DNA of 64,000 bases from a virus. Positions within the stretch are counted from its first letter, which is position 1. Each line of letters begins with the position of its first letter. The stretch lies in IMG/VR virus record IMGVR_UViG_3300020045_002218, positions 1 through 64,000 of that record. One strand, 5' to 3'. Shown one piece after another: positions 36,412-46,350 of the stretch. Made by a program: the position numbers and the translations under genes. The notes under the pieces were generated by a model, which saw nothing but the letters and a program-made list of their open reading frames with translations, had not been told where the DNA came from and did no database searches.

Positions 36412-38007
36412 TTACTCTTCCTCAAATATTTCTGATAATGATTCATCTAATTTAAATGAATCTTCTGTTAAACCAAACTCTGATAAGAGTTGATTATATT
36501 TTTTAAGTAATATCTTACCTCCTGTTGCACCTAAGCCCGTATCTGTTCTATCAGTAATCTCAAAGCCTAATTGATTGTAAACCAATTCAATTAACTGTTT
36601 AGGACTACTAGGGTTGAATGTAACTGGTTTAGGTATTTCTCTTGGTTTGATATTCTCAGGTTTCTTAGCTTTAGCTTTTCTATCTTCATAATCTTTAATC
36701 CAAGCTTGATTAGTAAGTGTTTCCTCTAACTGCTTAATTAAAGGATTATCTTGTATCTGAGCTAATTGAATATCTTTAATAGCTATTAACTCTTGTTCTG
36801 CTTTAAGAACTCGGTTCATGTCCAAGACCATTCCAGTTAATTCCATCTGAAGAATTACTTTTACAGAAGGAATAAAGATAGTATTGTAAATATCAAGTTG
36901 ATTATCAGCTACCATTATTGGATAGTTCTTTTTATAAAGATACCAAGTAGCTAAACAGTCTGTAAGGTTATATCTCAGTAAATCTTGCTTAGATATTAAC
37001 CTAATATCTTTAATATCCTCTTGAGCATAGTTACCCGTATATTCATGTGTATTTGGTTTAAGACCTAATGTATTACCTGCACATGAATTAGTAGCTAAGT
37101 ATGTAATGAGTTTTGTATCATCAACATTCTTAGTCATTACTTCTAAACCATAAAGTAATCCTTGCTGATCTAATAAGTTATTCATGAATAATTCATATAG
37201 GATAACCTTAGCATCATATCCAATATTGTGATATATAAGCTTTCCTTTATATGATTCAAAAAATTGTTTTAATAATGCTTTCTTATCATAGTTATCTATG
37301 TGATTTTGAAAGTAATTAGAAGATATTCCCTCTATATCTATAGAATCATAATCAATACAAAAAGCAATACCATTATGTTCATCCCAAGCAAATGCAATTG
37401 TACCAATACCTGCTTCATTGAAAGATAAGCTAAAGGCTTCTATGTCTACCGTTAAGGCATCATACTGATGTAACCTATCCAACCATAAGGCTATCTCTTC
37501 TATCGTGTCAGGATACGCTTCAGATTCAATAATATCACTACCTATTTCCTTATATGAACCAAGTACATGATTAGCTAAAGTAGATAGTGATAAATCAATT
37601 TTGCTTTGTTTACTTGGATCATAAAATAACACTTTGTAATTAAGAGATAGAATACAATTTATGTGTTCATATCCTTTAATCTTACAAGGTAAGATATACC
37701 CTAAATGAGGATCTACTTTAGTTACTCCTGTTAGGTATTTGAAATATGTACCATCACAAACTAACAAGGTATCTATCCCTAATGAGTGCAATGCAGGAAG
37801 TAAGCTACTTAGATATTCCTTGGCTTGAGAAGCTGTAGGTTTATCATATTTGAGACTAAAAGAGATTATAGTTGAAACATCCAATCCTAGAGCCTCTAAG
37901 GGGTCTAAATAATGCTTTTGGACTTCAGGTAATGAAAGACAAGTTTCTTTCATTAACAAGGCTATATGGAGATTCTCAGTTGAATTATGATGTAATAGGT
38001 GTTTCAT
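36412..38007 (-). CDS. DNA polymerase family A, N-terminal subunit (N4-type N-domain, 3'-5' exonuclease, start of thumb)
   Basis: ExoI DIEAFSL, ExoII YHNIGYD, ExoIII YNLTDCLATW; QMELTGM; FNPSSPKQL; TDTGLGATGG. Confidence 0.9.
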   Translation of the reverse strand: MKHLLHHNSTENLHIALLMKETCLSLPEVQKHYLDPLEALGLDVSTIISFSLKYDKPTASQAKEYLSSLLPALHSLGIDTLLVCDGTYFKYLTGVTKVDPHLGYILPCKIKGYEHINCILSLNYKVLFYDPSKQSKIDLSLSTLANHVLGSYKEIGSDIIESEAYPDTIEEIALWLDRLHQYDALTVDIEAFSLSFNEAGIGTIAFAWDEHNGIAFCIDYDSIDIEGISSNYFQNHIDNYDKKALLKQFFESYKGKLIYHNIGYDAKVILYELFMNNLLDQQGLLYGLEVMTKNVDDTKLITYLATNSCAGNTLGLKPNTHEYTGNYAQEDIKDIRLISKQDLLRYNLTDCLATWYLYKKNYPIMVADNQLDIYNTIFIPSVKVILQMELTGMVLDMNRVLKAEQELIAIKDIQLAQIQDNPLIKQLEETLTNQAWIKDYEDRKAKAKKPENIKPREIPKPVTFNPSSPKQLIELVYNQLGFEITDRTDTGLGATGGKILLKKYNQLLSEFGLTEDSFKLDESLSEIFEEE

Positions 38008-38353
38008 AAATATTACCTATAACTTCACATTCTTTATGATAAAAAGCTAAAATTACATTTCCCATAACAAAACATCCATCTTTAAAAGAGATTGCAAATT
38101 TAGAATGATTCCACGGTACAGAAACTAAATCACCTTCAAAGAGTTCTTTACCATTTTTATCTTTTAAACCAGTAAACTGTCCTTCAGATCCTTTTACTAC
38201 TTCATATCCTTGAACATTTGCTTTTCTATAAGGCTCATTAGTAACAAGCCATATTCTAGGTAAAATATTACCATCACCAGAATCTGAACAAATACCTATC
38301 CCATATATCCATCCTTTATCTAAACTGAACCCTCTAAACTTACTTTCTCTCAT
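37985..38353 (-). CDS. YopX family protein
   Basis: MRESKFRG..GWIYG; GQFTGLKDKNGKELFEGD; EVIGNIYE. Confidence 0.9.
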   Translation of the reverse strand: MRESKFRGFSLDKGWIYGIGICSDSGDGNILPRIWLVTNEPYRKANVQGYEVVKGSEGQFTGLKDKNGKELFEGDLVSVPWNHSKFAISFKDGCFVMGNVILAFYHKECEVIGNIYETPITS

Positions 38354-38562
38354 TGTTTTACCCTCTTTTCAATATACTCAATACACCATAAACTACCAAC
38401 CACATAACCAACATGATATGTAGTACCATCTTTACTATCTTGAAACATCCTTGTACACTTCCCTCCTAAATTACTTTGTAACTCTTTTACATTTTTAGCT
38501 CTGTGTACTTGATTGTACTGGTCTATGAATATTCGTTTCATTTTTAAATACTCTTGATCCAA
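38350..38562 (-). CDS. Hypothetical protein
   Basis: Co-oriented ORF; probable start MKRIFID. Confidence 0.55.
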   Translation of the reverse strand: MDQEYLKMKRIFIDQYNQVHRAKNVKELQSNLGGKCTRMFQDSKDGTTYHVGYVVGSLWCIEYIEKRVKQ

Positions 38563-39421
38563 ATATTAATAATTGTTTAATGTCTAGCTTGTGACATCCG
38601 ATACAAAGTACATTATCTTTCAAAGAAATAACTGTGTAGGTATTATCAATCTTTAAACCAATAACATCTTTACCATCTCTAAGTAACTCATACAATTCTT
38701 TTACTTTATCTTTATGAATTGTAATACCTTGAGTAGTTTGAATTTCTTGAGTCTTTTCGTTGTATCTTAATCTAGTTAAACCAGTATATGAGTAACAAGA
38801 ATTAGCTTCAAAGTTTAACCATAGAGCTAACTGCTCTTCACCTTTTAATGCTCTAAACTCATCTTCTTTTTGTTGTTTAAGAATACGTTGATGAGCTTTA
38901 TCATTTTCCTTGGTTTGCCATTCGGCATAATTAGGTATGTAATCTACTGGAAGAAATTCATTCTCTAACCATCTAAAGTCTGCTAAAGAGCATTGTTCAG
39001 GATATAAAGCAACTAACTTAAGAACATTAATTCTTTCATGGTTTGCTGTTTGAAGATATTCTAACTTTCTACTAATAGCTTTAGGTATTTTATTTAAAGT
39101 ATCTTTAATTAAACCAATATTCCTTTGTATTAATACTCTAGGTGTTTGTGAAGGATCTTCTACATAAATGATATTCCAATTAGAAGGAATAGCACTTCTT
39201 AAGAGTGATTGTTGTTTTGATGTAGTATTAGAAAAACTTCTTGTATCTACTAATATGGTTTGATTAGGGAGTTTCTTACCTATCATTGCTCCATAACGGT
39301 AGCTGTATAGGTCATTGCCCTCAGCAAACATTCTATTGTTTGGGGTATGACCTTCAAAACTATCATCTCCATATATCCAAGCATGTAATAACTGGTTGTA
39401 TCCTGAATAAGCTTTAATCAT
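38495..39421 (-). CDS. Conserved phage hypothetical protein
   Basis: LYSY...FSNTTSKQQS N-terminal motif; IQTTQG, IGCH C-terminal motifs. Confidence 0.6.
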   Translation of the reverse strand: MIKAYSGYNQLLHAWIYGDDSFEGHTPNNRMFAEGNDLYSYRYGAMIGKKLPNQTILVDTRSFSNTTSKQQSLLRSAIPSNWNIIYVEDPSQTPRVLIQRNIGLIKDTLNKIPKAISRKLEYLQTANHERINVLKLVALYPEQCSLADFRWLENEFLPVDYIPNYAEWQTKENDKAHQRILKQQKEDEFRALKGEEQLALWLNFEANSCYSYTGLTRLRYNEKTQEIQTTQGITIHKDKVKELYELLRDGKDVIGLKIDNTYTVISLKDNVLCIGCHKLDIKQLLIFGSRVFKNETNIHRPVQSSTQS

Positions 39422-39608
39422 CTAGTAAGTCTCTTTCTGTGATAGTCCATCCATCAGATTCAAAAATAGTTTCTTCTGAATTTGTTGCTATAACTAGATG
39501 ATCATTATATAAACCATAGGTATCTGAACTGTCACTACAAGTAAAGTAAATATACGCATTATACTTTTTAAGTAATGCAGCTAATTCTATTTTTAAATTA
39601 GTATTCAT
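39414..39608 (-). CDS. Hypothetical protein
   Basis: Coupled ORF. Confidence 0.5.
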   Translation of the reverse strand: MNTNLKIELAALLKKYNAYIYFTCSDSSDTYGLYNDHLVIATNSEETIFESDGWTITERDLLDD

Positions 39609-39838
39609 AATTCTTCCAATTGTTTCTTTAATTGTTCATGTATTGCTTCATAGTAATCTTCTGTTAATAACAAATCTAACAAAGTATTTCCACTATCAAT
39701 TCTATATTCAAATTCCATATCTTCATCTGGATATTGGAATTCAGGATGTTCAGTATTACATTTAACTGCTGGATAAAACTCTGTTACTTCAATATCAACT
39801 GAAGTACCTTTAATTTGTATTTGGTATGTTCCTTTCAT
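39605..39838 (-). CDS. Hypothetical protein
   Basis: Coupled ORF. Confidence 0.5.
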   Translation of the reverse strand: MKGTYQIQIKGTSVDIEVTEFYPAVKCNTEHPEFQYPDEDMEFEYRIDSGNTLLDLLLTEDYYEAIHEQLKKQLEEL

Positions 39839-39844
39839 TATTTA

Positions 39845-39871
39845 TAAGCAGTTTATTGTCATGCTTAGGAC
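39845..39871 (-). ncRNA. Compact H-type pseudoknot motif, copy 1
   Basis: GTC-CTAAGCAT-GAC-AATAAAC-TGCTTA. Confidence 0.55.
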
Positions 39872-39877
39872 GTAAGA

Positions 39878-40261
39878 TTAATCTTCTAAGTCAGTTAGTT
39901 GCTTTTCAAGATCTTCAATACTCAAAGCATCTAATGATGCTTCTTTCTTATTTGCAAGTTTCTCACGAATAATTCTTGCTTGATTAGTTCTTAAAGCTTT
40001 AGTTTCTTTAGCTTGTTTATCAGCTAATTTAGATTCAATAACTGCTTTAACAACATCTCGCATTAACTCTAATTCTTTAGTTAAATGAGATCTTGGAGCT
40101 AACAATGTTGGACGCATTCTAGTATCAAGATTGTCACATAAAACTCCATAAGCAGTATCAAGTCTTTCTAGTGAATAACTCCATAAATCTTCAGTTGTTA
40201 CTTCACCATTACCTAAGTTAAATCTTATGTGTTGTTTTGTTGCTTCTAAGAAAATACTCAT
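39878..40261 (-). CDS. Conserved phage protein, coupled to the 655-aa protein
   Basis: IFLEATK...RF...GEVTTEDLW...LSIEDLEK. Confidence 0.65.
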   Translation of the reverse strand: MSIFLEATKQHIRFNLGNGEVTTEDLWSYSLERLDTAYGVLCDNLDTRMRPTLLAPRSHLTKELELMRDVVKAVIESKLADKQAKETKALRTNQARIIREKLANKKEASLDALSIEDLEKQLTDLED

Positions 40262-42225
40262 ACTTTTACCTTTAAATATCTTGTGAATGAACCAGTTACT
40301 TTAACAATAAATTCTGCTGGTTGAGTTGAAGAGAATCCTAAACCAGATAATTGATTATCTGATTCTGGTACTCTAAGTTTATTACCTAATACTTCAAATA
40401 CCTTACGATGTTTTTGTAATTCAGGTTTAAGGAATTCATTGAAGAATCCTCTTGGTGGTTCTGGATTTAAACAATCTTCTAAAATAAAGAAGGTATGTTT
40501 ATTACCTCTAGCATACTCTTCTGATAAGAAGTTAGGACTTCTTAAGATAGATTTTACTTTATGAAAGCCATTGGTATTAATATTCCAAATTTGTTTAGTA
40601 ATACCTTTTGAAGTATTATCTAACGAATTTTGAAACACTAATCCTTCTTGTGTAATAAGAATTTCTGCTACTTGAATCTTAGCATTACCTGCCACTGGTT
40701 TATCATAAGAAAAACTATATACTTGACCTTCATACTCAATCTCTGCTGTAAATCCAGCAGAACTTCTTGATGAAGAGTAGTTGTGTACAAATAGCTCAGT
40801 TACTCCATAAGGAGTTCTTTCCCAAATGATGTTTTCAACAGCTACTTTACCGCCAGGATTAATAATATCTACGTCTAGCATTCCAGTTAATCTTGAACGA
40901 CTTCCCTTGTTACTAAAGTAAATTTCATGACCATCTGGTTCAATAGCATGAGCATCAAAGTCAATATTATTAGTACCTTCTGTATTCCATTGGATTGAGA
41001 ACCTTAATGCACCCTCAACTTGTCCTCCAGCATCTTTAACTCTTTGCTTCATAGAATCAGCTACATCACCTGAATAACTAAAAGCAATATCATTACTCCA
41101 AGGGAATAATAATGGAGCTTCTTTGTCTTGTGCAGCAGTTAAAGACATTAAGTTACCTGACTGTTTACTTTCAAATAATACTTCAATAGCTTTAGCTGTA
41201 GGAACAACATTTTTAATAAAAGCTTCTAATGAAATTTCTTCTACTTTAGATAATTTCTTTGGATTGATGGTTTCAGTAGCTAATATATCAAATACATCTT
41301 TTTCTTTTGTAATACTTCTATCAATAAAGATAACTTGTTCTACAGATAAATCATCAATTACTGCATAACGTCTTTGTAAAGATTCTGTTAAACCAAGTTC
41401 TTGAATAGTAGCTTTAGCATCTTCTACCATTCTAGGTGTTACTAATGAAGTAGGTCTTTTGTAATTAGCTGGAGCAACAATAGCTTCAAATTTTCTTACA
41501 GCTTGGTCTAATTCCATTTCATTACTTAAATCTACAAGCAATGTACCAATAGCTGTATTACGAATCTTTCCTCCAGAAGTATAATTACTCCAAGCATAAA
41601 TATCTTTTGAAGTAGATTTATCATAAGCTTTTTTGTGAGCTAAGAAAGTAGATAACATAGCTTTAAACTCAGATCCTCTATAAAGAGAATTCTGTTCAAT
41701 TAACTCTAAAACAGTTTCAATAGAATCAATTGTGATTTCATCTAAACTTCTTTTGAATACTTGTTTAGTTGAAGATGATTCTCCAATAATGGAATCAATA
41801 GATAAACTACCTTTATAAACTTTGGTTTTAGGTAATTCAACATAGAAATGAGTCCATTTAACTAATTCTTTAGTAACGTTAAAGTCAGTACCTAACTTAG
41901 CATGATCACATAAGTATTCTGATTGAATAGATGCTTCTCTAACAAGCTTACCTAATACTTTAGGCACTTCTGTAAAAAGTCCATCTACATCAAAATCCCA
42001 CATAGTAACAATCTTGTTATCTATGATAGCTACAATATTTCCATATTGTCTAATAAATGATTTACAACAATTACAGTTGTGTTCTTGTTTAATAACTGGA
42101 TCAGCAAAGCAATCAAGATAAGCTTCCCATAAAGCATTTCTTTCAAGATTTACTACAAATAATTTGTGTTGACTCATTGAATCAAATTGATTCTTTACTG
42201 CTGTTTTAATATTTTGAAATGACAT
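40258..42225 (-). CDS. Conserved phage protein with HNCNCC metal motif and YfaP/TerD-like beta-sandwich
   Basis: HNCNCCKSFIRQYG; LRFSIQWN..DFDAH.IEPDG.EIYF..GMLDVD..VENIIW. Confidence 0.65.
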   Translation of the reverse strand: MSFQNIKTAVKNQFDSMSQHKLFVVNLERNALWEAYLDCFADPVIKQEHNCNCCKSFIRQYGNIVAIIDNKIVTMWDFDVDGLFTEVPKVLGKLVREASIQSEYLCDHAKLGTDFNVTKELVKWTHFYVELPKTKVYKGSLSIDSIIGESSSTKQVFKRSLDEITIDSIETVLELIEQNSLYRGSEFKAMLSTFLAHKKAYDKSTSKDIYAWSNYTSGGKIRNTAIGTLLVDLSNEMELDQAVRKFEAIVAPANYKRPTSLVTPRMVEDAKATIQELGLTESLQRRYAVIDDLSVEQVIFIDRSITKEKDVFDILATETINPKKLSKVEEISLEAFIKNVVPTAKAIEVLFESKQSGNLMSLTAAQDKEAPLLFPWSNDIAFSYSGDVADSMKQRVKDAGGQVEGALRFSIQWNTEGTNNIDFDAHAIEPDGHEIYFSNKGSRSRLTGMLDVDIINPGGKVAVENIIWERTPYGVTELFVHNYSSSRSSAGFTAEIEYEGQVYSFSYDKPVAGNAKIQVAEILITQEGLVFQNSLDNTSKGITKQIWNINTNGFHKVKSILRSPNFLSEEYARGNKHTFFILEDCLNPEPPRGFFNEFLKPELQKHRKVFEVLGNKLRVPESDNQLSGLGFSSTQPAEFIVKVTGSFTRYLKVKV

Positions 42226-42276
42226 GATAATTCTCTTTGTAAGTGATATGGTTTATAAAGCCATAGAAATGAATAA

Positions 42277-42304
42277 TGAGTAGTTTTACTTCATACTCAG
42301 GAAG
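42277..42304 (-). ncRNA. Compact H-type pseudoknot motif, copy 2
   Basis: CTTC-CTGAGTAT-GAAG-TAAAAC-TACTCA. Confidence 0.55.
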
Positions 42305-42457
42305 GATTTGTAATCTACCAATCAACGGATGGAGGTACTTAGCTTACAGTGGCTAGACTTTTTTATTGCTGAACACTATTCCGAAAATTAATATCTCGAA
42401 CCAGACATCGAACCTGAATTTTATAACCTTTCCCGTGTTTTTGATAAGGCAACAATA

Positions 42458-42487
42458 AAAGCATTTTTAAGACTTACTCAGGTCTTA
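42458..42487 (-). ncRNA. Compact H-type pseudoknot motif, copy 3
   Basis: TAAGAC-CTGAGTAA-GTCTTA-AAAA-TGCTTT, stem 2 with G-U pairs. Confidence 0.5.
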
Positions 42488-42604
42488 GGATAGTCAGTCG
42501 CACGCAGAAGCACTAAATTAATAAGCTGTGAACCATGACATTGTAACGCTAGTACATATTGTACTTATCCTTTTAAAGCATTTTATTGGCTGCAAGCCAC
42601 ATTG

Positions 42605-43864
42605 TTAAATGAATACAAACCATCTATTATCGAGTATCTCAATAAACTCTTTACTATCTTTAACTGGTTTACCTGTAGCTCTAGCTTCAGCTCTTGTTTT
42701 AAATGATTGTACATCTTTACCTTGAACACGTTCTTTTAGTTTGTGTTGTACAGGTACAGGTGATTTAGTAGGAAATGTTTTACCTTTAACTTCAGGTAAT
42801 TCAACTACACCATTTACTTTCTTTAGTTCATATTGTTTTAAATCTTCTTCAGTAAATTCAGTACCAATCTCTTCCCAATACAATACACCTGAACCTCTAG
42901 GTAATAGTCTATTGTGACTCATGGATTGAATGAATATGTCATAGTTACCATGATCTCCAGGATGTAATCTTACATTCTGAATCTTAGATAAACCAAGCAT
43001 ATCTCTTGCGTTGTCACCAGCAAATACTTTACCTGTCGTTCTATCTCTAATAAGAATTAATTTCTTAGGTTGAACTCTTGCTTCAGTCTTAATAAGTTGA
43101 TAGAAAGCACTACCTTTAAGAAATTTCATTCTATGTTCAAGAATGAAAGACATAATCTCAGTACGATCATATTGAGCTTTATCAGGTACAACATACAAAG
43201 ATACTTTAGATGTAATATCTTCTAACTGGTTTGTGTTTACATTTTCTACAGAAGAATAGAATGAACTTGAATTTGTTTGACCTGTACTTCTTGCTTTGAA
43301 ATAGGTATTTAATGCTTGTTCATTAGCTTGTGTAGCTTTTTCCATACCTTCAGATGTAGTATCCCATACTTGGATATTTCCTTTTGGAATACCAATACTA
43401 GATAAATCTGAAGCATTAGCTGGTACACGACATACAATAGTCCATCTATTGTCTAAAGTTTTGATAATATTAGTAAGTTCGTAATGTTTAATTCTTGATG
43501 TATTTTCATTACCATCAGTAGTAATCATTAATAAAAAAGATACATGATTTTTTGTAGCATCGGGTAACGATTTACATAATTCAATTGCATCTGCTATAGC
43601 ATCCCATAAAGGTGTCATATTATCTGCTTTCCAATCTTTAACTGGAAGTAGTACATGAGGATTAGAATTAACTACTGTACGTCTTACAGGGTTAAAGTTA
43701 AATCCAAAATCAATAACAGATACAATAGTATCTAATTTCTCTTGGTTTGCTGCATTTACTACTGCTTGAATATTTCTATTATAATCTTTAATAGCAGCAG
43801 TTTTTAAAGATTGCATACTACCTGAATGATCGTTAATAAAAACTATATATTGTTTATTTTGCAT
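42605..43864 (-). CDS. von Willebrand factor A domain protein
   Basis: MIDAS DHSGSM; TPLWDAI; ITTDGNENTS. Confidence 0.85.
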   Translation of the reverse strand: MQNKQYIVFINDHSGSMQSLKTAAIKDYNRNIQAVVNAANQEKLDTIVSVIDFGFNFNPVRRTVVNSNPHVLLPVKDWKADNMTPLWDAIADAIELCKSLPDATKNHVSFLLMITTDGNENTSRIKHYELTNIIKTLDNRWTIVCRVPANASDLSSIGIPKGNIQVWDTTSEGMEKATQANEQALNTYFKARSTGQTNSSSFYSSVENVNTNQLEDITSKVSLYVVPDKAQYDRTEIMSFILEHRMKFLKGSAFYQLIKTEARVQPKKLILIRDRTTGKVFAGDNARDMLGLSKIQNVRLHPGDHGNYDIFIQSMSHNRLLPRGSGVLYWEEIGTEFTEEDLKQYELKKVNGVVELPEVKGKTFPTKSPVPVQHKLKERVQGKDVQSFKTRAEARATGKPVKDSKEFIEILDNRWFVFI

Positions 43865-43878
43865 AAATTTTTCTCATA

Positions 43879-43904
43879 AAAAACTCCTATTTATTAGGAG
43901 TTTT
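43879..43904 (-). terminator. Intrinsic terminator after nrdJ
   Basis: AAAACTCCTA-loop-TAGGAGTTTT(TT). Confidence 0.65.
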
Positions 43905-43935
43905 ATTTGTTGGATGTTAGTGGTGGTACACCACA

Positions 43936-45912
43936 TTATTTAATAGGACACATACCACTTGCACAATCTTGAGAATCTATTTCATTATCATTAGAATCTA
44001 AATTAGGTAATACAAACTCTTTTAATGTTGATACATATTCTTCATAAGTTTCTTTAGTAACTACTTCTTGTGGAAGATAAGCATATCCTAAGTCTTGTGC
44101 AGTTTTAGTAGGATCAGCTTTATATAGAAAGCTTACTCCTACATAAATATCCCAATTATTAAGTAACCAGTTAATAATATCTTTTACTTCATTTGGTTCA
44201 TAAGAAATAGTACAAGATACATTCTGTTGACACCAATGTACTTGATATTTCTTATATCTTTCTAACTGTTCAATAGCTGTTTCTTGGTTTACTTCTACAA
44301 TACCATGTGAAGTCTTAACTTTAGTAAATGGTACATTTTCCCATTTAAGTGGAAAAGTAACCAACATACCTTCAGAGTCTAATGGATTATTCCATACCTT
44401 ATAACCAGCATCTTTCAATGCAGGTAGTAATGGATCATGTTTACCAAAGTTTACGTTATTAAAAATATATTTACCTAAAGAAGTATGTAAACCTTCTTGA
44501 CACATAAACACCTTAGATAAAGTACCACTTGGTTTAACTAAAGTAATGTTTTTAGGTCTTTGTAAACCTAATTCATCAGCCATAGAATATGCTGCTGATA
44601 TAGCTTCACGTTTCATTATCTCTAAATCATATTCTGATAAATCAGGTCTTTGAGAAATACCTGTTAAGCCAATACCACATAATCTAAAGAATTCATTGTT
44701 AAGATGCCAAGCTTCTTGTAATACACCATCTTCAAGATTAACAAGAGTTTGTCTGTAGTTAGCTCTAGCAGCATAATATATGGTTTTAAGTAAACCTGAA
44801 GTATCTCCAATAAACTTAGATACATCAATTTCAACAAGATTACAGAATCCTTTGTTAGGTAATAATACTTCCGCGCACGGGTTGAGTAGATTAAACCAAG
44901 GTGCTTTAGTAAGTGCAGTAGCTCCATTAATGAATCCTGGTTCACTGCCACCTGAATCTTCCATAAGATTAAAAATATGCTCTAATTCTTTTTTACTTGG
45001 CTTATCATAAAATATTAAAGAGTTATTGGATTGACTTCTTTGAGAGTTACCATTCCAAAATTCTCTTTTAGCTACAGCAAACTCTTCCCATTCAGGTTGA
45101 TTGTACTCAAATAAGGCAATCTGAGCTGATCTACGGCTTGATAAGATTGTACCTAACCAATTAACTATATCCAGAATATCAATGCGTGAGAGCAATTCTC
45201 CTGCCTTTTTATTCATGATATTAGCTATAGCTACAAATGCTTTACTAATAGCTTCATCACCTGAACTAATCCAACCATACCCTTTAAGTCTACTACCTGC
45301 TGGACGTAGTTCAGAGAAGTCAAATACAAGCTTATTTGCTGGATATTTACCTGCAAGAATCTTACCTATAGATTTACTCCAAGCTTCTGCACTATCACCT
45401 ACTCTGATAGTCCATACACCTTTCTCAAATGTTTCTATATTTTTCTCTAATCCTCCTTTAGAGGTACGTTTAGTTCTAATGACATCAATAGTAGGAATAG
45501 GTTTAAAGAAGCCATTAAGAGTACCTACCTTAGGCTTAAATCCTACGCCACATCCCTGCATTAAAAGCCAAAGTACATCAACCATATCATATACAGTTTC
45601 AACAACAATACCTGAACAATTGAACATTGATGATTCTCTTACTTTAGATAAATCTGTACCACCTAACCACAATGTTCTTCCAGATACAGAACATTTCTTC
45701 TGTAACATTAAATTGTAAAAAGCAGATAACTCTAATTCTTCATCTATAGAAAGAGTTCTACCTAAAGCTCTTTCCCATAACCATGCTTGATGATTTTGTA
45801 CTCTAAAGCAAATATCTTCCCATGATTCGTATTGAGTTTCTTCCTCATTCAAAGGACGTGCATACGTCCTACGAACAATTACATCACTTCTTGTTTGTAA
45901 CGGATTATTCAT
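43936..45912 (-). CDS. nrdJ: Class II (B12-dependent) monomeric ribonucleotide reductase
   Basis: GRTLW.GGT; FNC; LMQGCGVGF; RRSAQI; NPCAE; CNLVEI; KPSGT; C-terminal CASGMCP. Confidence 0.92.
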   Translation of the reverse strand: MNNPLQTRSDVIVRRTYARPLNEEETQYESWEDICFRVQNHQAWLWERALGRTLSIDEELELSAFYNLMLQKKCSVSGRTLWLGGTDLSKVRESSMFNCSGIVVETVYDMVDVLWLLMQGCGVGFKPKVGTLNGFFKPIPTIDVIRTKRTSKGGLEKNIETFEKGVWTIRVGDSAEAWSKSIGKILAGKYPANKLVFDFSELRPAGSRLKGYGWISSGDEAISKAFVAIANIMNKKAGELLSRIDILDIVNWLGTILSSRRSAQIALFEYNQPEWEEFAVAKREFWNGNSQRSQSNNSLIFYDKPSKKELEHIFNLMEDSGGSEPGFINGATALTKAPWFNLLNPCAEVLLPNKGFCNLVEIDVSKFIGDTSGLLKTIYYAARANYRQTLVNLEDGVLQEAWHLNNEFFRLCGIGLTGISQRPDLSEYDLEIMKREAISAAYSMADELGLQRPKNITLVKPSGTLSKVFMCQEGLHTSLGKYIFNNVNFGKHDPLLPALKDAGYKVWNNPLDSEGMLVTFPLKWENVPFTKVKTSHGIVEVNQETAIEQLERYKKYQVHWCQQNVSCTISYEPNEVKDIINWLLNNWDIYVGVSFLYKADPTKTAQDLGYAYLPQEVVTKETYEEYVSTLKEFVLPNLDSNDNEIDSQDCASGMCPIK

Positions 45913-45921
45913 ATAACTCCT

Positions 45922-46350
45922 TTATAAAAGTGGTTTAGCCTTAATAATTAATTCTTTGTGGTTCTCTAAAAATCTATCTCTAATTTCTGCTGTTGGGAAA
46001 GCTAAAAAATAAGAAAATGTATAATACCAATTCTTAAGAATATTATCTTTATCAAACTGTATTACAAATTTTTTAACTTCTTCTGTCCAATCAGGAATCC
46101 AATCACCATTAACATCTTTCATTAACTGACTTAACATAGCTAAAGCAATGCAAGTTTCTGCTTGTTCTTTAGTAGCAAATAATCTTTTTGTAGTAGTTCC
46201 TTTATCTATAAAATATCCATTAATAGTTTTTAATTCTTCCCAACAAGTAACTTGCTTCTTCTCCTCTTTCTTAAATTTAATACAAGTAAAAGATGAATTT
46301 TCTTCATCTACAATATACCCTTTAGGTACTTTAATATTTAATTCATTCAC
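45922..46350 (-). CDS. Hypothetical phage protein
   Basis: NGDWIPDW..FLAFPTAEIRDRF motif. Confidence 0.6.
   Translation of the reverse strand: MNELNIKVPKGYIVDEENSSFTCIKFKKEEKKQVTCWEELKTINGYFIDKGTTTKRLFATKEQAETCIALAMLSQLMKDVNGDWIPDWTEEVKKFVIQFDKDNILKNWYYTFSYFLAFPTAEIRDRFLENHKELIIKAKPLL

Noticed and set aside
36440-36462. Hairpin GATTCAT...ATGAATC near the end of the polymerase N-half as a ribosomal bypass or trans-splicing signal
   Set aside because: The gap is 1.45 kb and gene-filled, the C-half has its own coupled start, and no intron core was found
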